64,000 nt of DNA, taken from Vicingaceae bacterium. Lineage in GTDB: Bacteria > Bacteroidota > Bacteroidia > Flavobacteriales_E > Vicingaceae. How positions within the stretch are numbered: position 1 is the stretch's first letter; each line of letters starts with the position of its first letter. The position numbers and the translations under genes were made by a program. The DNA is taken from contig OZ260100.1 in the NCBI GenBank assembly GCA_965284565.1, positions 1,658,046-1,722,045 on the forward strand, written 5' to 3'. Under the pieces are notes generated by a model. It made no database searches. It saw only the letters and a list, made by a program, of their open reading frames with translations, and was not told where the DNA came from. Below are positions 37,865 through 47,472 of the stretch, piece by piece.

Positions 37865-38533
37865 TTAACTCTCTCCTTCCCATTCTTTATAAAACTCTTC
37901 TAAAAACTGCTCCATAAATTGATGGCGGTGAACTGCCATGGCTTTACCTGTTGTAGTATTCATCCTGTCCTTTAGCAATAATAGTTTTTCGTAAAAATGG
38001 TTGATTGTAGGAGCTGCACTGTTTTTATATTCTTCTTTACTCATGCTTAAGTTGGGTTGGATATTGGGATTGTAAATAGCTCTGTTTTTAAAACCTCCAT
38101 AATTAAAAGTCCTAGCAATTCCAATAGCTCCCATAGCATCTAGTCTGTCAGCATCTTGTATAACAGCTAATTCGGTAGAAGTAAATGCTTGTTTAAAATT
38201 TCCTCCTTTAAACGAAATGTGTTGGATAATTTTTTCAACATGCATAATAAGTTCTTCTTCCACAGAAATGGATTGCAAAAATTCACGAGCCTTTTTCGGA
38301 CCAATACTTTCGTCACCATTATTAAATTTAGCATCAGCAATGTCATGCAGTAAAGCTCCTAATTCAACCACCATTAGGTTTGTTTTTTCTGTTGCTGCAA
38401 TTTTTTTAGCCAATTGCCACACCCTGTAAATATGCCACCAATCGTGTCCGCCTTCAGCATTGGTTAAGGTTTCTTTTACAAATTTTACCGTTTGTTCTAT
38501 TATTTCCTGATGAGTCATTTTCTGATGAAACAA
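37865..38533 (-). CDS. HD domain phosphohydrolase (YedJ-like)
   Basis: GGHDWWHIYRV ... ALLHDIAD ... DADRLDAMG motifs of the HD superfamily. Confidence 0.85.
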   Translation of the reverse strand: MFHQKMTHQEIIEQTVKFVKETLTNAEGGHDWWHIYRVWQLAKKIAATEKTNLMVVELGALLHDIADAKFNNGDESIGPKKAREFLQSISVEEELIMHVEKIIQHISFKGGNFKQAFTSTELAVIQDADRLDAMGAIGIARTFNYGGFKNRAIYNPNIQPNLSMSKEEYKNSAAPTINHFYEKLLLLKDRMNTTTGKAMAVHRHQFMEQFLEEFYKEWEGES

Positions 38534-38590
38534 ATATTAATATTAAACTATTTAAGTTGAATGATTTTTTATGCAAAGAAAATTTTATTA

Positions 38591-41500
38591 TTACATATCA
38601 AATTTTCTAATCAATTCAAATGGCTGTATCAATTTTAAATTTAACACAAACCTAATTTTCTCATCATATTTTAGCTGATTCAACTCTCCAGATGAAGTTA
38701 TTGGAAAATATACTTCAAAAAAATCAGGAATCACATTTATCGCTACTCCAAAATTGTAAGCAAAATCGGACACTCTATCCACTTCATTACCTAAGAAATC
38801 GCGAGTAAGTGTTGCTGCCATCCCTACATCGGCATACAAACTAAGATGTTTTGTAAACAAACTACTTTCTATATTTACTGTGTTCATCCATTTATTGGCT
38901 TGCATAAATTGACCTTGAGATTCAGGAATTACAGGATTTCTAAAACCTCCATCTAATATAGCTATTTGTTGATTAAACCTTCCAACATCATTTCTACCCA
39001 TAAACAATTCATTATACATATAGTCTGATGCTTCTATTCCGTAAAAATTATAGTTGAATCTGCTATTTTTTTGTTCATCGCTATTGTATAAAAACCTTCC
39101 AACAAAAAACCTAAAACTTAAGCCTGTTCCAGGTTTTTTATATGCAAATTTATAATGAGCTTCAACATTTAATTTTACAAAATTTTGATGTTGTTGCACG
39201 TTTCCTCTCAACATATAAGGATTGATGGGATGTTTACTTTTTATGCCAACAATAATATTATTGATGTAGAAATAACCTAAGGTATCTTTATAAAGTACAT
39301 TACCATTTTCATCTCTTTTGCTAAAATCTGTATTTTCTTCAAAAATATTCACAAACTCATAGCTAAAAAATGTGCTAGTGAATTGGCGTGCACGTTTTTT
39401 CTTAAAGTCAATTTCCACACGTGGGTTTAGTTTGTAGTATTTCAATTGTTGTTCACCATAATTGAGGTAGGTAAAAGATTTTGCACTTGCTCCTATTGCC
39501 AAATCCTGAATAAATGTATTGGGCATAATGTGATAAAAAGCGGAAGCATAACCATTAATTTCATTGGTTTCGAAGGAATATAATGGTGCTAAAATATATT
39601 CAAACTTTTTAGATGGAATTAAAGAATTATAAAAAGCCATCCCTATCATAAACTTATCATTATTATTCCAACCTGCTATAGGTGAGAAAAACAATTGTGT
39701 TTTATCAGGATTTTCTATACTTCCCACCCACTGTAAGCGTAGCGGCTCCATAGTTTTAAAAAAACCTTTAGCTTTTAGTGTATTATTTTGTCTGTTGATT
39801 TCAGGAATATTTTTTTCAGCATCAATTTTATAGCTATCATAATCGCCTTTTTCAAAAGGAACAAAATCTTTTTTAGCAATAAGCTCATACCATTGTGTAG
39901 CTACAATTTTTCCATCTTTCATTCCAGAAACAGAGAAAGGTCCGTTTATTTTTCCATTGTTTTTAATTTTTAACAACGGGTTTCCAAGTGTATCAGTTTT
40001 TGCTCTGGTAATTTTATAATCTATTTTTTTGGTGGTTTTAATCATATCATCAAAAAACCAATCGAGATTTTCGCCTGTTTCTTCTTCAAAAATTTTCCTT
40101 AAATCTTTTGGCTGTGGATGTTTAAATTTCCACTCCAGAAAATAGCGTTGCATACATTTATCAAACTTTTCCTCTCCCAAATAATTCATCAAATAATCAA
40201 AAGCAATAGCAGATTTTGAGTAAACAATTCCTCCATAATTTAAAGGAGTATATTCAGCTGCTGCTAATTCTATAGGTTGGTCTTTGTTTCTTTTAGCATT
40301 TAACAAATAAGCTAATTCGTATTGGTGCTTATGTGGGTGACTCGCCAAATCGAACCATTTAAAAACTTTTTCATTTTTATCATCAAGCTCTCCAACTAAC
40401 AATCTTTCGGGATATTTTGTTTTTACATATCTCAACTCATTAAACGAATTGATGCCTTCATCCATCCATGGGTGTAAGCGTTCGTTTGTTCCTAAAATAC
40501 CATAAAACCAATTATGTCCTACTTCATGCATAATTACAGTCTCTAATGCAAAAGCATCTCCCGACTCTCCAATTACAGTAACGTTAGGATATTCCATTCC
40601 AGCTCCTGCACTTAAAGCCCCATCAACGGCAGTAACATGTTTGTAAGGATAATCGCCATTCCACAAAGAATAATAGTAAGTAGCATCATTAAGGTATTCA
40701 ATACTTTTCTTCCATAAATCAGCTTCGTTGTTGGTAAACATTGCCCAAGTCGTTACTATTTCTTTCGAATTAGGCAACTCCACTTCTCCTTTTAAAATAT
40801 GGTATCTTTTATCTGCAAACCAAGCAAAATCATGCACTTTTTCCTGATGATAATGTAAGGTTTTCATTTCTGTAGCTGACTCTGGAAAAGTAATATCACC
40901 TTCAAACACATCAATAGTAGCAGTATAATTAGCAATACTATCCATCCATTTCATTTCTTCATCACCATTTACTAAATCTCCTGTAGCTCCAACTCTATAG
41001 TTTTTTGGCAAAGTAATATGCACATCAAAAGTTCCGTATTCGGAATAAAACTCTCCCTGATTTAGGTAAGGCATTTGATGCCAACCATTTTGGTCATAAA
41101 CAGCAGGTTTAGGATACCACTGTGTAATTTGATAGGATTCTCCCATGTGTCCCAAACGAGAAAAAATTCCTAATGGCAATTTTACACTAAAAGGCGTATA
41201 AATTTCTACTGACTCCCCAGGTAAAAGTGGTTCTGGTAAATAAACAATTGCAACATCCTCATGTTCTTCAGTAATAGTCCAAATAGCAATTTCACCATTC
41301 ACTTTAAATTCTAGTCCATCAATAAATCCCAAATGCCTTTCATGAGAAAAATACAACATGGTATTATCTTCTTCTAAAAATTGCTGAGTTAACGCTGTTT
41401 TATGGTTTTTGTAGGCATTTGGCCATAAATGGAAATAAATATAGTTGAGTGTTTTATTTGAATTATTCTTATAAAGAATCGTTTCATTGCCATCTAACTG

Positions 41501-41626
41501 ATGTAATTCATCATTAAGTGTTACATTAATTTCATAACTTACTTCTTGCTGGAAATAGTTTGAGTCGGGCTGTGCTACAAGCTCGGTAAATAATAAAAAA
41601 AGCGATAGTCCTAGTAGGAATTTCAT
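38591..41626 (-). CDS. M1 family metallopeptidase with long C-terminal beta-rich extension
   Basis: Signal peptide. HEVGH-X18-E zinc motif (HEVGHNWFYG...WMDEG). 1011 aa, of which about the last 400 lie outside the M1 core. Confidence 0.85.
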   Translation of the reverse strand: MKFLLGLSLFLLFTELVAQPDSNYFQQEVSYEINVTLNDELHQLDGNETILYKNNSNKTLNYIYFHLWPNAYKNHKTALTQQFLEEDNTMLYFSHERHLGFIDGLEFKVNGEIAIWTITEEHEDVAIVYLPEPLLPGESVEIYTPFSVKLPLGIFSRLGHMGESYQITQWYPKPAVYDQNGWHQMPYLNQGEFYSEYGTFDVHITLPKNYRVGATGDLVNGDEEMKWMDSIANYTATIDVFEGDITFPESATEMKTLHYHQEKVHDFAWFADKRYHILKGEVELPNSKEIVTTWAMFTNNEADLWKKSIEYLNDATYYYSLWNGDYPYKHVTAVDGALSAGAGMEYPNVTVIGESGDAFALETVIMHEVGHNWFYGILGTNERLHPWMDEGINSFNELRYVKTKYPERLLVGELDDKNEKVFKWFDLASHPHKHQYELAYLLNAKRNKDQPIELAAAEYTPLNYGGIVYSKSAIAFDYLMNYLGEEKFDKCMQRYFLEWKFKHPQPKDLRKIFEEETGENLDWFFDDMIKTTKKIDYKITRAKTDTLGNPLLKIKNNGKINGPFSVSGMKDGKIVATQWYELIAKKDFVPFEKGDYDSYKIDAEKNIPEINRQNNTLKAKGFFKTMEPLRLQWVGSIENPDKTQLFFSPIAGWNNNDKFMIGMAFYNSLIPSKKFEYILAPLYSFETNEINGYASAFYHIMPNTFIQDLAIGASAKSFTYLNYGEQQLKYYKLNPRVEIDFKKKRARQFTSTFFSYEFVNIFEENTDFSKRDENGNVLYKDTLGYFYINNIIVGIKSKHPINPYMLRGNVQQHQNFVKLNVEAHYKFAYKKPGTGLSFRFFVGRFLYNSDEQKNSRFNYNFYGIEASDYMYNELFMGRNDVGRFNQQIAILDGGFRNPVIPESQGQFMQANKWMNTVNIESSLFTKHLSLYADVGMAATLTRDFLGNEVDRVSDFAYNFGVAINVIPDFFEVYFPITSSGELNQLKYDEKIRFVLNLKLIQPFELIRKFDM

Positions 41627-41648
41627 TATTAATCTTTAGAAGAAAAAT

Positions 41649-42917
41649 TTATTCGTCATTATCTGTAATATGGATAGTTACCAAATCAATTTTATTATTA
41701 CTTACTTTATCAATTTTAATTTCAAGACCATTATGTCTAATGATTTCATCTTTTTCAGGAATAGATTCATCTACAGAAATTATTAAACCAGCCAATGTTT
41801 CATAATCGTCAGATTCAGGCAAGTTGAGCATATATTTTTCATTAATATAGTCAATTTCCAACCTTGCTGAAAATTGATAAAGATCTTCATCTATTTTTAT
41901 CTCTGTAAGCTCTTCATTATCATGTTCATCTTCAATGTCGCCAAAAATTTCTTCAATAATATCTTCGGTAGTAATAATTCCTGATGTACCTCCAAATTCA
42001 TCTACCACAACAGCTACACTTTTCCTATGCGTTATGAATTCCTGTAAAATTTGGTTGGCAGGCATAGATTCTGGAATAATAGAAATAGGTAATAATATAG
42101 ATTTTACCGTTTTAGGTTTTCTAAATAATTCTTTAGAATGAATATAACCAATAATATTATCAATAGAATCTCTATAAATTAATATTTTAGATAGACCTGT
42201 TTCAATAAACTTGTCTCTAATGGTGGGCAAAGGAATTTCAATATCCATAGCAACCAAATCGGTTCTAGGAACCATACAGTCGCGAGCTTTAACGCTTGAA
42301 AAATCTAGGGCATTCTTAAAAATTTGAATTTCATTATCTACATCTTCACCTTCTTCTTTTTTCTGCTGAATATTGGTCATAAAATGTTCCAAATCAATTT
42401 TAGTAAAAGCCATGTCGCTTTCAGAGGTATCTACTCTAAACAATTTAAGTATTACATTAGAAACTCCCAACACCAATAATGTAAATGGATAGAGTAATAT
42501 GTAAATAATTTGCAATGGAATTGCAGCAATTGTTAGTGCTTTGTTAGGGTTAATTCTTAATAACGATTTAGGTAAAAATTCGGAAAAGAAAAGAATTAAG
42601 ATAGTTGAAATTACTGTTTGAATAAACAATACAAAAAAATCGTTGGCAGTTATGTGCTTATAAATGATTGGTTCCAACAACTTAGCCATTAGTATACTAT
42701 AAATTACCAAGGCGATATTGTTTCCAATAAGCATGGCACTTATAAACTTAGCAGGTTTTTTTAAGAAAAAAGAAAGTATTTTTCCTGAGAATACGCCTTT
42801 TTTGCTGCTCAATTCAATTTTAAGTCGGTTGGCAGTAACAAAGGCTATTTCCATTCCAGAAAATACTGCTGAAAACAGCATAGCAATAAGAATAAAAATA
42901 ATGTCTGATGAGGGCAT
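41649..42917 (-). CDS. hemolysin-family protein (CNNM/DUF21 + CBS pair + CorC_HlyC)
   Basis: 4 N-terminal TM helices, a CBS-pair region, and a C-terminal transporter-associated domain. Confidence 0.85.
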   Translation of the reverse strand: MPSSDIIFILIAMLFSAVFSGMEIAFVTANRLKIELSSKKGVFSGKILSFFLKKPAKFISAMLIGNNIALVIYSILMAKLLEPIIYKHITANDFFVLFIQTVISTILILFFSEFLPKSLLRINPNKALTIAAIPLQIIYILLYPFTLLVLGVSNVILKLFRVDTSESDMAFTKIDLEHFMTNIQQKKEEGEDVDNEIQIFKNALDFSSVKARDCMVPRTDLVAMDIEIPLPTIRDKFIETGLSKILIYRDSIDNIIGYIHSKELFRKPKTVKSILLPISIIPESMPANQILQEFITHRKSVAVVVDEFGGTSGIITTEDIIEEIFGDIEDEHDNEELTEIKIDEDLYQFSARLEIDYINEKYMLNLPESDDYETLAGLIISVDESIPEKDEIIRHNGLEIKIDKVSNNKIDLVTIHITDNDE

Positions 42918-42955
42918 TTGGGTTTTTAAATATGTTGGTGTAAAGTTATAAAAAA

Positions 42956-43141
42956 TTATTGTCCCATTCTTCGTCTTTGTCTTCTTCTCAGAAAATATAA
43001 AAACGAGGCTAAAACAGTAAGCATGAAAAAGAACAAAGCATCTTCTGTTGCAGTAAAGAAAAGATGGTAAATTCCTATTACACCACTAATAATGGCAATT
43101 ACTAACCACATTAATTCTAAAAACCTAATTACTTTATTCAT
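42956..43141 (-). CDS. small 2-TM membrane protein
   Basis: 61 aa with two hydrophobic helices and an RRRQRRRMGQ tail; fits the gap between lptC-like and CorC genes. Confidence 0.45.
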   Translation of the reverse strand: MNKVIRFLELMWLVIAIISGVIGIYHLFFTATEDALFFFMLTVLASFLYFLRRRQRRRMGQ

Positions 43142-43224
43142 ATTATTTATAGTTAATCATTATTAGTTACCTACTGTAAAATCTCAAGCATCGTAATCTC
43201 AAAATATTAATTTCCAATCCAAAA

Positions 43225-43806
43225 TTAAGGATTAACAGCAGTTGAGTCTTTATTTTCTTTTAGTAAAATAGTTCCTTTAATTTTATGAATTTTCCATTTT
43301 GTAAAGTCTTCATTGGCTTCAAAACCTTCTCCCATTAGTATTTCATCTTGGGTAGTGATTTTCACAAATTCATCAGAATAAATTTTAGCTGAATCTTGCA
43401 TCCAAACTAAATGCTCTGTATTTAATTGTTCGCCTTTTTCGTTTACTACCACGACATCATTTTTGGCTTCCATCATGTTTTTTCCAATTCTATGAATAGC
43501 ATAATTAGCAGTTAAAGTTGTACTTACCTGTTTCAGCGAATCAAAAAAAATGACTTCAATACCCTCACTCATTTCTAAATAAGGATCTTTTGTTGCATAC
43601 TCTTCCATTTTAGGAGCAGAAACCTTCATTTTTACAGCTGCTTTTTCAGAATAAATCAATTGAACATTTTTACCTTTTTTTAATGGCAACTTTTCTTTTT
43701 GTGTTAATTGTTCAACTTCTTTTAAATCATTCTCACACCCAAAACAAATAATCCCGAATGCAAATAGCACCGGGATTATTATTCTATTATGAAAATGTAT
43801 TTTCAA
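43225..43806 (-). CDS. lptC: LPS export periplasmic protein LptC-like (OstA fold)
   Basis: 193 aa, N-terminal anchor/lipobox (ICFGC), beta-jellyroll-like repeat pattern (ANYAIHRIGKNMMEAKNDVVVVNEKGEQLNTEHLVW). Typical neighbourhood with TPR and CorC genes in Bacteroidota. Confidence 0.6.
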   Translation of the reverse strand: MKIHFHNRIIIPVLFAFGIICFGCENDLKEVEQLTQKEKLPLKKGKNVQLIYSEKAAVKMKVSAPKMEEYATKDPYLEMSEGIEVIFFDSLKQVSTTLTANYAIHRIGKNMMEAKNDVVVVNEKGEQLNTEHLVWMQDSAKIYSDEFVKITTQDEILMGEGFEANEDFTKWKIHKIKGTILLKENKDSTAVNP

Positions 43807-43812
43807 TTTTAA

Positions 43813-45090
43813 TTATTTCGTTTTAACAGTTGTGTTTTCGTTAATCCAACAATCAACTTTGTATGCATCTCCACTTTTTACTCCGTGAAAAAACACGTCT
43901 TTTGTTGGAGGAAAATGACCAGAAACGGTAGCCATTTTTCTGTTTGCTTCTGAAGCAGCTTCTCCATCAACACTTTTTGCTTTTTGGTATTTATCGTGAG
44001 CAGCCCAATAAGCACCAAACTTACCTAGCTTACCATCATCGCATGATGCGGCTCCATAAAAATAAGCATCTCCAATTAAAATATAAGGTTCTCCCCAACC
44101 TGCTCTAGCTCCTATTGCTTTTAAGGCATAGCTTTTTGCAGAAGCATTATCTCCTTTGGTTAAATATGTTTCTGCAATACTCATGTAAAAATCTGCTTTT
44201 TCATCTTCTGTTTCAGACATATCAACTGCTTTTTGGAAAAACTCAATTGCTTTTGTATAATCTTTGTTTTTCCAGAAGATTCTACCCATTCCATCAGCTC
44301 CTGATGCAGAAGGTTCTATTTCAAAATATGCTTGAGCTACAGAAGCAAAAATAGCTGCATCATAACATTTTTTTCTTTTTAATAGAGTAACCATTCTTTT
44401 CAACCAATCTTTATTGGTTTTATTTGCTTCAAATCCTTTTTCTGCCAATGGCACTAATACTTCGCAATCTAAATAAGGAGCAGCAACAGCATTAATTTTT
44501 TCTTCAGCATCTCTATAACTCTCATCTGTATTACTTCCTGCTAATTCCATAAGCTTACCGTAAAGCTCTACTAATTCCGCTTTAGTCATTAATTCATTTT
44601 TTTCTTTGTTTGCACCAGCATACATTAGAGCTACCAAAGTACCTGCTTGAGATTTGCCTCCTAACAACTCAACAGATTCATTTAGAATATTGAAAGTTTT
44701 TTCATACTCTTTACCTCTATAAACCAACATCATTTGTCCCTTGTAACCTAACACGTAACCTCTTTGTCCAAAATATTCAATACGTTGATCGTAAATTGAA
44801 AACATAGTATCTAAATAAGCTTCCTTTTTAGCCTCATCTTTTTCTTTATCGGCCAAGCTTTTGTACATAGATGCTCCATTTATGTATAATGATTTTTGTG
44901 AACCTGGACAAACCTTGTAAGCTGTTTTCCACATACTTAAAGCTAATTTTGGGTCAGATTTTAAATAATCTTTATAAATTAGATTTTTAATACAAGTGTT
45001 ACTATCTTCAGGAGTTGCTCCGTATTTGCCTTGAGCATTTACATTGTAAGCAATTAAAATCCCTAGTAGTATTGTTGCTATTTTTTTCAT
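43813..45090 (-). CDS. tetratricopeptide-repeat protein, secreted
   Basis: Signal peptide; several A/Y/K-rich TPR-like helical pairs. Confidence 0.6.
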   Translation of the reverse strand: MKKIATILLGILIAYNVNAQGKYGATPEDSNTCIKNLIYKDYLKSDPKLALSMWKTAYKVCPGSQKSLYINGASMYKSLADKEKDEAKKEAYLDTMFSIYDQRIEYFGQRGYVLGYKGQMMLVYRGKEYEKTFNILNESVELLGGKSQAGTLVALMYAGANKEKNELMTKAELVELYGKLMELAGSNTDESYRDAEEKINAVAAPYLDCEVLVPLAEKGFEANKTNKDWLKRMVTLLKRKKCYDAAIFASVAQAYFEIEPSASGADGMGRIFWKNKDYTKAIEFFQKAVDMSETEDEKADFYMSIAETYLTKGDNASAKSYALKAIGARAGWGEPYILIGDAYFYGAASCDDGKLGKFGAYWAAHDKYQKAKSVDGEAASEANRKMATVSGHFPPTKDVFFHGVKSGDAYKVDCWINENTTVKTK

Positions 45091-45114
45091 TTTTGTAAAG
45101 TTTAAGTTTAAAAT

Positions 45115-46437
45115 TTAATTATATTTTCTTTTTATAAACCATTTATCATTTATAATAATGCCAACATTAAAGTTGATAAACGTTTCTTGAATAAGCCCAT
45201 CAGTTGCCGCTCCTCTTTTTCCGTATTCTATTCCCAGATTTAGAGTTGGAGCTGATGTTCCTGTTCTTCTTAGTGGTAAACCTGTTCCAAAAGTTATGCC
45301 GTATTCATTTAGTTGGTTATCATTAATAGAAAAATATGAATTTGAATACCTGAAACCAAACCTGTAAGCTATTCTTTTAAAGTAACTTCCTACATAATCA
45401 TCGTACTTTGGAGTAATTTGATAACCAGCAGCAAAACTTTGTACTTTATTATAACTATACAAAGGATTAGTAGATGCAATGGTTGTCCAGTCGGCTATAT
45501 TATAATCAAAAGCAATAATCCATTTATTTTTCTTTTCGAAAGAGAAACCTATACCATATTCTAATGGCATATCAATACTTTGCTCGCTATTATTTGTTTC
45601 TAAGATGGTATCTTTAATTGTTCCAAAATCTGATGAACCAGTAAAACTTCTCACTATTCTGTTTTGTTTCGTGCTTAATTCTTTAGCCAAACCCACTGTT
45701 GCTCCAACGGTTAAAACATACGTTTCTTTTGCTAAAGAAGTAGAATCATACTTAGAAAAATTCTTTTGATATTGTGTTCCGAAATCGAAAGAAAAATCTG
45801 AAGTAGTTGATTCGCTTAAATCCCATATATTTAATCCTTGAGACAAATTTCCAAAAATGGTTTTACTATCAAATTCTGATCTTCCAAAATAGAAGTTTGC
45901 ATTAGCTCCAAAAGCAAGGTTAGAGCTAGAGTCTAATTTAACATTAAATCCATTTCCAAAATAAAACTTATTTAAACCCCCTTCTCCTTTTCTTATTTCT
46001 GTAACACTTCCAACATTTTCATCTGTATAGCTATTAGTATAGTCATATCCAATACTAGTAACAGGCATTAGTCCAAAACTCATTCCCCAAGTTTTTTGAA
46101 TGACAGGAAAAGCTAACGCCAAAGAAGCAACATAAGGATTAGTTTTATATTGAGATTGATTCCCATCATCTAGCCAAAGAGCATTACTCATAAAGTTAAA
46201 CTCAATAGTTGTCACGATTAAATCTGAATAAGAAGCAGGATTTTTAGAATTTATATTCAAATTAGAACGAAGCCCTATAGCTGTCCCTCCCATTCCAAAA
46301 TTTTGAGAGAAACTTTGTGGACGAATAACTCCAACTCCATACTTAGAATATGGAGAGTTAGTAGTAGTTTGAGCAAAAGCAATACTGCTAATGCATAAGC
46401 AAACAAAAATTAAAGTGGCAGTACTAATTTTCCTCAT
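45115..46437 (-). CDS. outer-membrane beta-barrel protein (uncharacterised)
   Basis: Signal peptide ...SIAFAQ, NSPYSKYGVGV motif, alternating beta-strand pattern throughout. Confidence 0.55.
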   Translation of the reverse strand: MRKISTATLIFVCLCISSIAFAQTTTNSPYSKYGVGVIRPQSFSQNFGMGGTAIGLRSNLNINSKNPASYSDLIVTTIEFNFMSNALWLDDGNQSQYKTNPYVASLALAFPVIQKTWGMSFGLMPVTSIGYDYTNSYTDENVGSVTEIRKGEGGLNKFYFGNGFNVKLDSSSNLAFGANANFYFGRSEFDSKTIFGNLSQGLNIWDLSESTTSDFSFDFGTQYQKNFSKYDSTSLAKETYVLTVGATVGLAKELSTKQNRIVRSFTGSSDFGTIKDTILETNNSEQSIDMPLEYGIGFSFEKKNKWIIAFDYNIADWTTIASTNPLYSYNKVQSFAAGYQITPKYDDYVGSYFKRIAYRFGFRYSNSYFSINDNQLNEYGITFGTGLPLRRTGTSAPTLNLGIEYGKRGAATDGLIQETFINFNVGIIINDKWFIKRKYN

Positions 46438-47155
46438 TTAATATTAATATTTGTTGTAAGCCTCGAAGGACTAAAAAATCGTCTGCAAAGATGCGATTTT
46501 TTACTTCTAAATCAAATAGTTTAAAATCTCCTCCGGTAAGAACTATTTTTATGTCTTTATATTGTTGTTCATAAGCCGAAATCATTCCTAAAATTTCATA
46601 CTTAAGTCCATTATAAACCCCTGAAATTATAGAGTTTTCAGTGCTGTCTCCAATTAACTTTAATGGCTGGTTTTCGTAATTTACTTGAGGGAGTTTTTGT
46701 GTAAAATGATGCAATGCCTTGAATCTCATTTCAAACCCGAGAGCAATACTGCCTCCAAGATAGGTTAAACTTTCATCAACAAAATCAAAAGTTATACAAG
46801 TTCCCATATCAATTACTAACAAATTGTTATTAGGAAATTTAACCAATGCTCCTGCTACTGCTGCCAATCTATCTAAACCCAATGTTTGTGGTGTTTTGTA
46901 ATTAATTTTAAATGGAAAATTCATTTTGTGATTCAACCAGTATAATGAAATGTTAAATTTTTTAAAAATGGCTGAAATTTCGGCTTCATTATTCCTTACG
47001 GAGCTAATAATTGCTCTTTTTATGGGGAATTTATTTTTTATTTCAAAAATAATTGAGGCATTAATTTCACTGTGTTTCTGGTGAAAAATAATGTTATCAT
47101 CTTCAAAGACAGCTATCTTAACAAAGGTATTTCCTACATCAACTACTAAGTCCAT
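46424..47155 (-). CDS. coaX: type III pantothenate kinase
   Basis: MDLVVDVGNTFVKIAVF phosphate-1 motif, GLDRLAAVAGA, VIDMGTCITFD. Confidence 0.9.
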   Translation of the reverse strand: MDLVVDVGNTFVKIAVFEDDNIIFHQKHSEINASIIFEIKNKFPIKRAIISSVRNNEAEISAIFKKFNISLYWLNHKMNFPFKINYKTPQTLGLDRLAAVAGALVKFPNNNLLVIDMGTCITFDFVDESLTYLGGSIALGFEMRFKALHHFTQKLPQVNYENQPLKLIGDSTENSIISGVYNGLKYEILGMISAYEQQYKDIKIVLTGGDFKLFDLEVKNRIFADDFLVLRGLQQILILNEEN

Positions 47156-47220
47156 AAAAAAATTTAATGTTCGAAATTACAAATTTCAATTAAATGTTTT
47201 TGCAGATTAAATTATTTTAA

Positions 47221-47228
47221 TACTTTTG
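47221..47228 (+). promoter_or_regulatory. -7 box TACTTTTG for tRNA-Phe
   Basis: TAnnTTTG match 15 nt before the tRNA 5' end. Confidence 0.5.
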
Positions 47229-47243
47229 CCGACCATTGAACGA

Positions 47244-47316
<73 letters not shown>

Positions 47317-47322
47317 CACAAA

Positions 47323-47361
47323 AACCCGAAAAAGAATTTCTTTTTCGGGTTTTTTGTTTTT
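47323..47361 (+). terminator. rho-independent terminator after tRNA-Phe
   Basis: 12-bp stem AACCCGAAAAAG / CTTTTTCGGGTT followed by TTTTGTTTTT. Confidence 0.8.
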
Positions 47362-47472
47362 AAGAACAATTGTTTTTATATGTATTTTTGAATCCACTTT
47401 TCTATTTACAAAGAAATTATTAAACACTACCGCTACATATTATTCCTAGTTACATTCTGTTGTTTAGCTGAT

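Noticed and set aside
41649-42917. Calling the CNNM/CBS/CorC protein GldE (gliding motility)
   Set aside because: The domain architecture fits GldE, but it equally fits generic CorC/HlyC-family proteins. No gldD-like gene is adjacent, so only the family name is given.
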